Source: an uncultured Clostridia bacterium (GTDB lineage: Bacteria > Bacillota > Clostridia > TANB77 > CAG-508). Taken from it: a DNA stretch of 37,787 nt. Under the pieces are notes generated by a model. It was given only the letters and a program-made list of their open reading frames with translations, had not been told where the DNA came from and searched no databases. Position 1 is the first letter of the stretch, and every line of letters begins with the position of its first letter. The position numbers were made by a program, and so were the translations under genes. The DNA is taken from NCBI GenBank assembly GCA_944393475.1, contig CALYAI010000003.1, positions 1 to 37,787 of the forward strand. The letters run 5' to 3'. Positions 9,020 to 17,510 of this stretch are shown in pieces.

Positions 9020-12000
9020 ATGAATAAATATCCATTAGCTTTTCCTCAGCTAGCTCTTTGGAGTGTAGAACAGTTTTTTAAAGGAACAAGTGTTAATGTA
9101 ATAACTGGATATATAAAAGTAAAGGAACAGCTTGATCTTGCATTGTTCGAAGAAGCTGTGCAAACAGTTATTGCTAATACGGATATTTTTGGTGTTCATA
9201 TCTCATACCAAAATGATGAGTTAATGCAAACTTTTAATAAAATGGAACGTAGAAAACTTACAATCGTTAATTTTAAAAATGAAGATGAGTTTACTACTTT
9301 TTTAAACACTGTAGCAACAACTTCTTTTGATATTTTTAATGATGATTTATTTGAATTCACTCTTTTTAAATTTCCAGATGGTACTGGTGGTGTTATTGGT
9401 CGTTTTCATCATATTATATGTGATGCATGGTCAATGAGCCTTGTTATTACAAAAATAATGTCAATATACGAGAATTTAAAAAACAAACTTCCAGCTACTC
9501 AAGGAATAGATTTTGAATCATATATTAATTACATTAATTCTGAACAGGAATATATAGGTAGTGCTAAATACGAAAAATCCAAAGAATTTTGGTTAAATAC
9601 TTTTACTAATAATTTTTCTTATAGCTATTTATGTAACAATATTTCTAATTCTTGTAGTGCACTAAGACAAAAATATTCAATTTCTAAAGATTTAGTTAAG
9701 AATTTGAATGATTTTTGCCAAGCAAATTCCATTTCACTTCCATTGTTATTAATTTCTGTTATAGGAATTTATTTAGCAAAAATTAATGATAATACATGTT
9801 CTACTATTGGTCTTCCAATACTAAATAGAACAAATTTTAAGGAAAAAAATACTATTGGTGCATATATAAGTACCATTCCTTTTAAGATAAATATTTCAAC
9901 TGAAGAAAAATATTTGGATTTTATTAAAAACCTAAAGAAAAATTATTTTGAGATACTAAGAAACCAAAAATATCCATATAATAAAATCTTGGAAGATATC
10001 AGGAAGAAGACAAATGTTTCTAAAAACCTTTACGACGTAGCTTTTTCCTACCAAAATGCTAGGGATAATCATTCTACATCAAATATTTCTTACGAAAGTG
10101 ATTGGATTTTTAATGGCTGTGTTTCTAATAATATGGATATACATATATATGATATGGATAACACTGGGGATTTATCTATAATCTTTGATTATAGAAAGGA
10201 TTTGTTTAATTCATCTGATGTAGAGGAAATTTACTGTAATTTAATGAATATTTTAAAACAAATTATGAATAATCCAAACATCTTGTTAAAAGATATTTCA
10301 CCAGTAGCTAGAGTTGTTAAGGATTTTATTTTAAATGAATATAATAATACTTCTTCTAAGTACCCAGGAGAAATTCCAATTATTAGACTATTCGAAGCCC
10401 AAGCTAAGAAAACTCCTAATAAACTTGCCATAGTAGAAGAAAAAAAAGAATTAACATATTCGGAACTTTTAAATTGCATTAATAATTTGGCATATAGGCT
10501 TACAGCTTCTGGCATTAAATATAAAGATAATGTATGTTTATTCTTCGATAATTCAGTTGAATTAGTCGCTTTGATTTTAGCATGTTTAAAGATAGGTGCT
10601 TGCTATATTCCATTAAACACTTCTTTCCCAATCGAAAGAGTTAAATATATTATGGAAGATAGTAATTCTTCTGCAATTATTACTAATTCAAAAAATGTGA
10701 AGAAAATACCTGGATTTACTAATTCCATCGTAATTAATTATGAGGATTTAGAATTTTCATCTAATAAGGATTACAATGAAGATTTATTAAATTCAGATGA
10801 CTTAGCATATACGATTTATACTTCAGGCTCAACAGGAAATCCAAAAGGAGTTCAAATTGCAAATAGAAGCTTAGTAAATTATATTTATTGGTGTACAAAA
10901 CAATATGTGGCTGGCGAAACCGCAAATTTTCCACTATATTCTTCCATTGCATTTGACCTAACAGTAACATCTGTTTTTACTCCTTTAATTTCTGGAAATG
11001 CAATATATGTATATAATAATTCTAATCCTGAATTATTAATTAAAGAAATTGTAGAAGATAAAAAAATACAGGTACTAAAATTAACCCCTGCACATCTTAC
11101 TTTATTATTAGATGTTGCAACTCCTGACACCTGTATTAAAAAATTAATTTTAGGTGGAGATATCTTAACTGCAGAAATATGTAAAGCAATTACAAATAAA
11201 TTACATAATGGAATAAAAATATATAATGAATATGGTCCGACAGAAGCAACAGTTGGCTGTATGATATATGAATATAGCCTTTTGGATGATTATGTCTCTG
11301 TTCCAATTGGAAGACCAATAGATAATGTGAAAATTTATATATTTAATTCGTCAATGAATTTAATGCCATATAATACTATTGGTGAAATGTATATTGGCGG
11401 AGATTGCCTATCTAAGGGATATTTAAATCTTCCAGAAGTTAATAAAAAAAGTTTTGTACAAAATCCTTTTAATAAAAAAGAAGTACTTTACAAAACCGGT
11501 GATTTAGCTGTAATGCATCCTAATGGAGTTATGGAATACATAGGTAGATCGGATTTTCAAATTAAAATTAATGGATATAGAATAGAAACCGGAGAGGTTC
11601 AATCACAAATACTAAAATATCCATCAATTAAGGATTGTTATGTTATAGATATGAAAATAAAAAATAACAAAGAGCTTTGTGCATACTATATAGAATCTGA
11701 ACCTGTTAATATTGATGATTTAATTGCTACATTGGACAAAAAATTACCAAATTATATGATCCCTAAATATTTCATAAAAATGGATTCATTGCCAATGACA
11801 GTTAATGGTAAGGTAAATAGAAAAGAATTACCTCTTCCTGTAATAAAAAGGAAAGTGGCTCTTATACCTCCTGAAAATGAAGTGGAGGAAAAACTTTGTA
11901 AGGTATTTTGCGAAATTTTAGAGATTAAAAAGATAGGTACAAATGAAAACCTTTTTGATTATTATTTAGATTCTTTAAGCTTAATAAAAGCACAGACTAA

Positions 12001-13297
12001 ATTATATTCAGAAGGATATAATTTGGATACACAGGATTTTTATAATAATAAAACAATTAAAAATTTAGCAGATTATATAATTGGTGGTTATAAAAAAGAA
12101 GAAACAAATAATGAAGAGCTAACAGATATTCATTTTTCGATATCTGATATTCAAAAAGATTTAAAAGCACCCGTAAAAATTAAAAATGTATTGTTATTTG
12201 GTGCAACTGGATTTTTAGGTGTTCATTTACTTCGTGAATTACTAATGAAAACAAATTATAATATATATTGTTTAATTAGAAGCAAGAACAATATAAATCC
12301 AACCGAAAGATTAAAAGAGAAAATAAATTTCTATTATCCAGATACGGATATTAGCAAATATGTAGATAGAGTTACTATTTTGGAAGGAAATTTATTGGAC
12401 GAACATTTTGGATTACAAGATGATGAATATAATAATTTACTAAATACTATTGATGTTTGTATACATTCTGCTGCACTTGTAAAACACTATGGAGACTATA
12501 ATTTATTCCATCAGACAAATGTTGTCTCTACAGAAAAAATAATTGAATTCTGTAATGCAGGACATAGTAAGTTGGAATATATTTCTACAATTTCTGTTTC
12601 AGGATTTGGATTAGTGGACACACCTATTGCTGAATTTAGCGAAAACAATTTATATATTGGTCAAAATTATAAAGATAATGTATATGTACATAGCAAATTC
12701 GAAGCAGAGTATTTAATAATAGAAGCTTGCAAAAATACGAATTTAGTAGCAAGTATTTATAGAATTGGTAATCTTTCTAACAGATATAGTGATGGTGTTT
12801 TCCAAGAAAATGCATTAGAAAATTCTTCTTTAAATAGAATAATTGCATGTATAAACTTAGGTTGCTATCCAAAAGAATTAGAAGATTTTCATTTGGAATT
12901 TTCACCTGTTGATATTTGTGCAAAGAATATTGTTTCTTTAATGAATTGTCAAGATAAAAATTTAAAAGTATATCATTTATATGATGATCACTTTACAGAT
13001 TTCGGAAAGATTAATAAGATTTTAAAAAAGAATAATATAAATTTAAAGTCAGTTACGGCAAAAGATTTTAAAGATAGTTTATTAAATGATAAAAATAATT
13101 ATTTTGGTTTTGCAAATTTAATAAATAATACTATTACTAGTAATTTAAAAATAAGTAATAAAATTACAGAAGATACTTTAGTAAAGCATAATTTATGTTG
13201 GCCAGAAATTAATTCTTCTTATATACAAAAAATTATTGATTATTTAATAAAAAATAAATTTATAAAAGGAGCAAAAGATGAAGAAAAATCCAATTAA
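9020..13297 (+). CDS. Single-module non-ribosomal peptide synthetase, C-A(Asn-like)-T-R (terminal thioester reductase)
   Basis: C: RFHHIICDAWS. A: YTSGSTGNPKG, FDLTV, NEYGPTE, YKTGDL, GRSDFQIKINGYRIE, NGKVNR. T: LDSL. R: VLLFGATGFLG, ISTISV, YVHSK. Confidence 0.95.
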   Translation: MNKYPLAFPQLALWSVEQFFKGTSVNVITGYIKVKEQLDLALFEEAVQTVIANTDIFGVHISYQNDELMQTFNKMERRKLTIVNFKNEDEFTTFLNTVATTSFDIFNDDLFEFTLFKFPDGTGGVIGRFHHIICDAWSMSLVITKIMSIYENLKNKLPATQGIDFESYINYINSEQEYIGSAKYEKSKEFWLNTFTNNFSYSYLCNNISNSCSALRQKYSISKDLVKNLNDFCQANSISLPLLLISVIGIYLAKINDNTCSTIGLPILNRTNFKEKNTIGAYISTIPFKINISTEEKYLDFIKNLKKNYFEILRNQKYPYNKILEDIRKKTNVSKNLYDVAFSYQNARDNHSTSNISYESDWIFNGCVSNNMDIHIYDMDNTGDLSIIFDYRKDLFNSSDVEEIYCNLMNILKQIMNNPNILLKDISPVARVVKDFILNEYNNTSSKYPGEIPIIRLFEAQAKKTPNKLAIVEEKKELTYSELLNCINNLAYRLTASGIKYKDNVCLFFDNSVELVALILACLKIGACYIPLNTSFPIERVKYIMEDSNSSAIITNSKNVKKIPGFTNSIVINYEDLEFSSNKDYNEDLLNSDDLAYTIYTSGSTGNPKGVQIANRSLVNYIYWCTKQYVAGETANFPLYSSIAFDLTVTSVFTPLISGNAIYVYNNSNPELLIKEIVEDKKIQVLKLTPAHLTLLLDVATPDTCIKKLILGGDILTAEICKAITNKLHNGIKIYNEYGPTEATVGCMIYEYSLLDDYVSVPIGRPIDNVKIYIFNSSMNLMPYNTIGEMYIGGDCLSKGYLNLPEVNKKSFVQNPFNKKEVLYKTGDLAVMHPNGVMEYIGRSDFQIKINGYRIETGEVQSQILKYPSIKDCYVIDMKIKNNKELCAYYIESEPVNIDDLIATLDKKLPNYMIPKYFIKMDSLPMTVNGKVNRKELPLPVIKRKVALIPPENEVEEKLCKVFCEILEIKKIGTNENLFDYYLDSLSLIKAQTKLYSEGYNLDTQDFYNNKTIKNLADYIIGGYKKEETNNEELTDIHFSISDIQKDLKAPVKIKNVLLFGATGFLGVHLLRELLMKTNYNIYCLIRSKNNINPTERLKEKINFYYPDTDISKYVDRVTILEGNLLDEHFGLQDDEYNNLLNTIDVCIHSAALVKHYGDYNLFHQTNVVSTEKIIEFCNAGHSKLEYISTISVSGFGLVDTPIAEFSENNLYIGQNYKDNVYVHSKFEAEYLIIEACKNTNLVASIYRIGNLSNRYSDGVFQENALENSSLNRIIACINLGCYPKELEDFHLEFSPVDICAKNIVSLMNCQDKNLKVYHLYDDHFTDFGKINKILKKNNINLKSVTAKDFKDSLLNDKNNYFGFANLINNTITSNLKISNKITEDTLVKHNLCWPEINSSYIQKIIDYLIKNKFIKGAKDEEKSN

Positions 13298-15281
13298 AAA
13301 ATTATTATTAATTCATATGGTCCTTATGGCCTTTATATGTATAATGCTATATTTGCTTATACCATATGTATTAAATTATCCACCAAATTCTATAGATAAT
13401 GACTTTCAGATCGAAGTTGTTGGAATAAAATATAGTACTCAATTTATAATTTTAGCAGTTGTTCTTTCTATTTTTATTTTTACAGCTCTAATGTTTTTAT
13501 ATAATATGCTTTCTTTAAAAAAGATAAGAAATAAAAGTACTAATAAAATTGATGCTAAACAAGTAGAAAAAATAAGGAAAAGAAGTTTTACTTTTCCTTA
13601 TCTAGTATTACTACTTACTTTATTAGTGCCACCGTCTGTTGTATGTTTTTGTTTATTTTTATTTAATACAACACCGGAACTGAACTTAAGAATAACAATT
13701 ATAATCTTCTGTATGTCTGCAATATTTTCGATATGTTCGTATATTGCAAATAAGAGCTTTTTTATAAATACTTTGGTAAAAACGTCAAAAATATCTAATA
13801 ACAAAGTATCTGGTTTAAGACTTAATTTATATACCAAAATATTATTACAGATGTTACCAATATTCTTATATTCATTTATAATTATATTGTTATTATCTTT
13901 ATCTTTACTAACAACGGAGAAAGGTGACTTAATTTATAATTTATATCATCAGGAGCTTTCTAATTATTTCTCTGACAAAAGTAAAGTATATGATATAAAT
14001 GAATTACCAAATATATTAAAAGAAAATATAGAATTACAAAACCCAGAAGATAATTTCTTTATTATATCTTGCACAGATGGTAAGATACATTATTCAGAAG
14101 AAGAATTAAATACATTCTTCCAAAAATATTTAAGTGAATTTTACGATAAGACAAATGGACATATTTATGATAACTATGGTCAGAATATAGAAGGAAGTGC
14201 AATAAAGATACATACAAATGAAGGAGATTGCTATATTGGTGTTAGGTTCTATGTATTCTCTACTTCTTTTGTAACACCATTTATAATTGCAACAATAATA
14301 TTAATCTTCTTTAATATATTATTCGTATTATATATTAGTAAGGATTTAAGTAATGATATTAAAACCATAAGTAGGCAACTAAAAGCAATTGCAGCTTCCG
14401 ATGATATCTCTAATGAGCATAATTTACCAGTTACCTCAAATGATGAATTAGGTGACTTAACTATTGCATTTAATAGGGTTCAAGATAAAACAAAAGAATA
14501 TAATGATACTATTAAATCAAATCAAGAAACTCTTATGGAAAGTGAACGTCTAGCATCTCTAGGACAATTGATTGGAGGAATTGCTCACAATCTAAAAACA
14601 CCTATTATGTCAATTTCTGGTGCAGCAGAAGGATTAACAGATCTAGTAAAAGAATATGATTCTTCTATAGACGATCCAGAAGTAACTTCTGCAGATCACC
14701 ATGATATTGCAAAAGATATGAATGAGTGGATCGGAAAAATTAAAACATATGCAGAATATATGTCTGATATCATAACTGTTGTTAAAGGTCAAGCTGTAAA
14801 TCTTTCTTCTGATAATAATATGTATTTTAAAATTGATGAGTTGTTAAAAGATATTAATATTTTGATGAAGCATGAATTAAAGAGTGCTCTTGTTACATTG
14901 GATATTCATAATTATGTTGGCTCAGATGTACAAATAAATGGTGACGTTAATGCTTTGGTTCAAGTAATTAATAATATGATAACAAATGCTATACAAGCAT
15001 ATAATGGGGAACCAAATAAAACTATAAATTTAACCTTAAAAACAGATGCTTCTAAGTTATTCATAGAAGTTCAAGATTCTGGCTCTGGAATGCCTGACGA
15101 AGTAAAGGATAAATTATTTAAAGAAATGATTACTACAAAAGGTAAAAATGGTACTGGACTAGGATTATTTATGTCCTACTCTACTATAAAAGCACATTTT
15201 AATGGTAATATAGATTTTGAATCTGAACTTGGAAAAGGAACTACTTTTATAATAACCATTCCATTACCAAAGCTTAAATAA
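13278..15281 (+). CDS. Sensor histidine kinase (about 6 TM, extracytoplasmic loop, HAMP, HisKA, HATPase)
   Basis: HAMP LPVTSNDELGDLTIAFN; H-box LGQLIGGIAHNLKTP; N-box QVINNMITNA; DSGSGM; GTGLGL. Overlaps the NRPS 3' end by 20 nt; RBS AAAGGAG. Confidence 0.95.
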   Translation: MKKNPIKKLLLIHMVLMAFICIMLYLLIPYVLNYPPNSIDNDFQIEVVGIKYSTQFIILAVVLSIFIFTALMFLYNMLSLKKIRNKSTNKIDAKQVEKIRKRSFTFPYLVLLLTLLVPPSVVCFCLFLFNTTPELNLRITIIIFCMSAIFSICSYIANKSFFINTLVKTSKISNNKVSGLRLNLYTKILLQMLPIFLYSFIIILLLSLSLLTTEKGDLIYNLYHQELSNYFSDKSKVYDINELPNILKENIELQNPEDNFFIISCTDGKIHYSEEELNTFFQKYLSEFYDKTNGHIYDNYGQNIEGSAIKIHTNEGDCYIGVRFYVFSTSFVTPFIIATIILIFFNILFVLYISKDLSNDIKTISRQLKAIAASDDISNEHNLPVTSNDELGDLTIAFNRVQDKTKEYNDTIKSNQETLMESERLASLGQLIGGIAHNLKTPIMSISGAAEGLTDLVKEYDSSIDDPEVTSADHHDIAKDMNEWIGKIKTYAEYMSDIITVVKGQAVNLSSDNNMYFKIDELLKDINILMKHELKSALVTLDIHNYVGSDVQINGDVNALVQVINNMITNAIQAYNGEPNKTINLTLKTDASKLFIEVQDSGSGMPDEVKDKLFKEMITTKGKNGTGLGLFMSYSTIKAHFNGNIDFESELGKGTTFIITIPLPKLK

Positions 15282-15304
15282 CTTATAGATTAATTATATT
15301 TTTC

Positions 15305-15345
15305 AAAAAGAACTAATTGGTTGATTTCCAATTAGTTCTTTTTTT
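15305..15345 (+). terminator. Intrinsic terminator after the kinase
   Basis: AAAAAGAACTAATTGG-7 nt-CCAATTAGTTCTTTTTTT. Confidence 0.85.
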
Positions 15346-15373
15346 ACAAATTTATGTTTTTTTCGATTTTTTA

Positions 15374-15402
15374 TTGCTTTTGTGCCTGTTTATTTATATA
15401 AT
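15374..15402 (+). promoter_or_regulatory. SigA-type promoter for the response regulator
   Basis: TTGCTT-17 nt-TATAAT, then AGGAGG at 15412-15417. Confidence 0.65.
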
Positions 15403-15426
15403 TTTTATATTAGGAGGACTGTCAAT

Positions 15427-16455
15427 ATGAGAAAGAATCAAGTTACAGCCAAAAGCACTGGTTTTAAAATAATTGGTGTTGACGATGAACAAGGAATCTT
15501 AGATTCTCTATCTATTTTTATGAAAAGATCTGGCTACGAATTTGTAGGAATAACAGATCCATTAGAAGCAATTAATCGCGTAAAATCTAAACATTTTTAT
15601 TTAATGATACTAGATTTTATTATGGATCCAATTCATGGTGATAAAGTTGTAGAAGAAATTCGTAAATTTAATAAAGATTTATATATTTTACTTCTAACTG
15701 GACACAAAGATTTGGCTCCACCACTAGAAACGATCCATCAATTGGATATACAGGGTTATTGTGAAAAAAGTGATAAGTTCGATCAATTATTGCTATTAAT
15801 AGAATCTGGCTTAAAGTCTGTAAGTCAAATGAGAACTATTAGTAAAATGAATGATGATCTACAAAAAGCATATATGGATAGTATAGAAATTCTAAGACAT
15901 ACAGTAGAAGCAAAGGACCCATATACAAAAGGGCATTCTGACAGAGTTTCTGCATATGCTGTTTTGCTTGGTCAGAAGTTGTCTTTGGCTGGAGAAGATA
16001 TAGAAAAGTTAAGAATTGGTGGACTTTTTCATGATATAGGAAAAATTGGTATCCCGGACAGTATTCTTTTAAAAGAATCTAAATTAACAGACGAAGAATA
16101 TGCAAAGATTAAAGAGCATCCAGTAATTGGCTATAATATGTTGGAACATGCAACGATGTTTAATGATATTCTAGATATTGTAAAATATCATCATGAAAAA
16201 TTTGATGGTTCTGGTTATCCTGAGCAAATAGCAGGTTCTAATATTCCTTATCTCGCAAGGATTACAGCTGTTGTAGATGCCTTTGATGCAATGACTTCAA
16301 AAAGAAGTTATAGAGATTCTTTACCAATGGATGTTGTAAAATCTGAAATATTAGCAAACCTTGGTTCTCAATTTGATCCAGAAATAGGTATCGCATTTTT
16401 AGATATTTTAGATAATAATTTTAATGCCATTAAAGAAATACAAGAAAAGTATTAA
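15427..16455 (+). CDS. Response regulator with REC and HD-GYP cyclic-dinucleotide phosphodiesterase domains (RpfG-like)
   Basis: REC: VDDE, phosphoacceptor ILDFIM, LLTG, CEKS. HD-GYP: YTKGHSDRV, LFHDIGKI, HHEKFDGSGYP, VVDAFDAMTSKRSY. ATG 15427 follows AGGAGG; the ORF-track start at 15382 is too long. Confidence 0.94.
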   Translation: MRKNQVTAKSTGFKIIGVDDEQGILDSLSIFMKRSGYEFVGITDPLEAINRVKSKHFYLMILDFIMDPIHGDKVVEEIRKFNKDLYILLLTGHKDLAPPLETIHQLDIQGYCEKSDKFDQLLLLIESGLKSVSQMRTISKMNDDLQKAYMDSIEILRHTVEAKDPYTKGHSDRVSAYAVLLGQKLSLAGEDIEKLRIGGLFHDIGKIGIPDSILLKESKLTDEEYAKIKEHPVIGYNMLEHATMFNDILDIVKYHHEKFDGSGYPEQIAGSNIPYLARITAVVDAFDAMTSKRSYRDSLPMDVVKSEILANLGSQFDPEIGIAFLDILDNNFNAIKEIQEKY

Positions 16456-16497
16456 TTACTTTTTGTATTAATATAATTAATTAAGGAGGGGATTTTA

Positions 16498-17463
16498 ATG
16501 GTTTTAACTGCTTCAGAAACAAGAAAGCAAGCTAGAGAATCTTTAAAAGGTAAATGGGGAACTGTTGCTATAATATCTTTAATATTTATAGCATATTCAT
16601 TTTTAATGGGCTTTCTTTCTGCAATACCTTTTCTAGGTTTCTTAGTTTCTATTGCTTCAATTGTTATTAATTTTCCAATTATGTATGGATTTGTAATGAA
16701 TTTTATGAAGCTAAAAAGAGGAGAAGAAGTAGGATATTTTGATTTCTTTAAGGATGGTTTTGCAAATTTTGGAAGAGCATGGTCTGTTCTAGGAAGATTA
16801 TTACAAAAAATGTTAGTACCACTTATTTTACTAGTAGTTGCTGTAATTATTGTAATAGTTGCATTGGTTGGAGTAATAGCTTCAGCAGGTCTTGCTATTG
16901 CTTCTATGGGAGCTTATGTATCTTCTGAGACAGCATTATCTTATCTATTATCAAATGTATCAGTATTTTCATTAGTAGCTATGCTTATAGCTGTTATACT
17001 AGAATTTATTGCTTACATATGGATAATTATTAAATCTTTCCATTATGGACTTGGAATGTATATCGCAATAGATAACCAAAATGCAACAGCACTTGAATGC
17101 ATGAACCAAAGTAAAGAAGTTATGGACGGACATAAAGGTCGTTTATTCAGCTTATATTTATCTTTCATCGGTTGGATTTTACTTGATATGTTATTAGCTG
17201 CAATTCCTGTTGTAGGTGTTATATTATCATATGCAGGATTAGTATTCCTAATACCATATATGCAATTTGCTTCTATTATTTTCTACGAAGATAGAATGGG
17301 AATAAATTCACCTGTAACTGCAGAAGGAACAGTTGCATCAGAAGATTCTGAAAGTAATTCAAACGAAAATGTAGAAAGCAAAGAAATAAAAGAAATGTCT
17401 GGTTCTACAGATGTAAAAGCAGAAATTGTTGATATACCAGAAATAGATAATAAAGACGAATAA
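16498..17463 (+). CDS. DUF975-like integral membrane protein with acidic tail
   Basis: N-terminal ETRKQARESLKGKW, SKEVMDGHKGRLFSLYLSFIGW and LIPYMQFASIIFYE; about 6 TM; RBS AAGGAGG. Confidence 0.8.
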   Translation: MVLTASETRKQARESLKGKWGTVAIISLIFIAYSFLMGFLSAIPFLGFLVSIASIVINFPIMYGFVMNFMKLKRGEEVGYFDFFKDGFANFGRAWSVLGRLLQKMLVPLILLVVAVIIVIVALVGVIASAGLAIASMGAYVSSETALSYLLSNVSVFSLVAMLIAVILEFIAYIWIIIKSFHYGLGMYIAIDNQNATALECMNQSKEVMDGHKGRLFSLYLSFIGWILLDMLLAAIPVVGVILSYAGLVFLIPYMQFASIIFYEDRMGINSPVTAEGTVASEDSESNSNENVESKEIKEMSGSTDVKAEIVDIPEIDNKDE

Positions 17464-17474
17464 TAATTAAATAA

Positions 17475-17510
17475 ATAAAAACTTCTTAGATTATTCTAAG
17501 AAGTTTTTAT
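17475..17510. terminator. Bidirectional terminator between the DUF975-like gene and tex
   Basis: ATAAAAACTTCTTAGA-TTAT-TCTAAGAAGTTTTTAT, a perfect 16-bp stem between convergent genes. Confidence 0.9.

Noticed and set aside
9020-13297. Colibactin-like prodrug (N-acyl-D-Asn) toxin cluster
   Set aside because: There is no epimerisation domain, PKS/NRPS extension modules or ClbP-like peptidase, and the module ends in a reductase.
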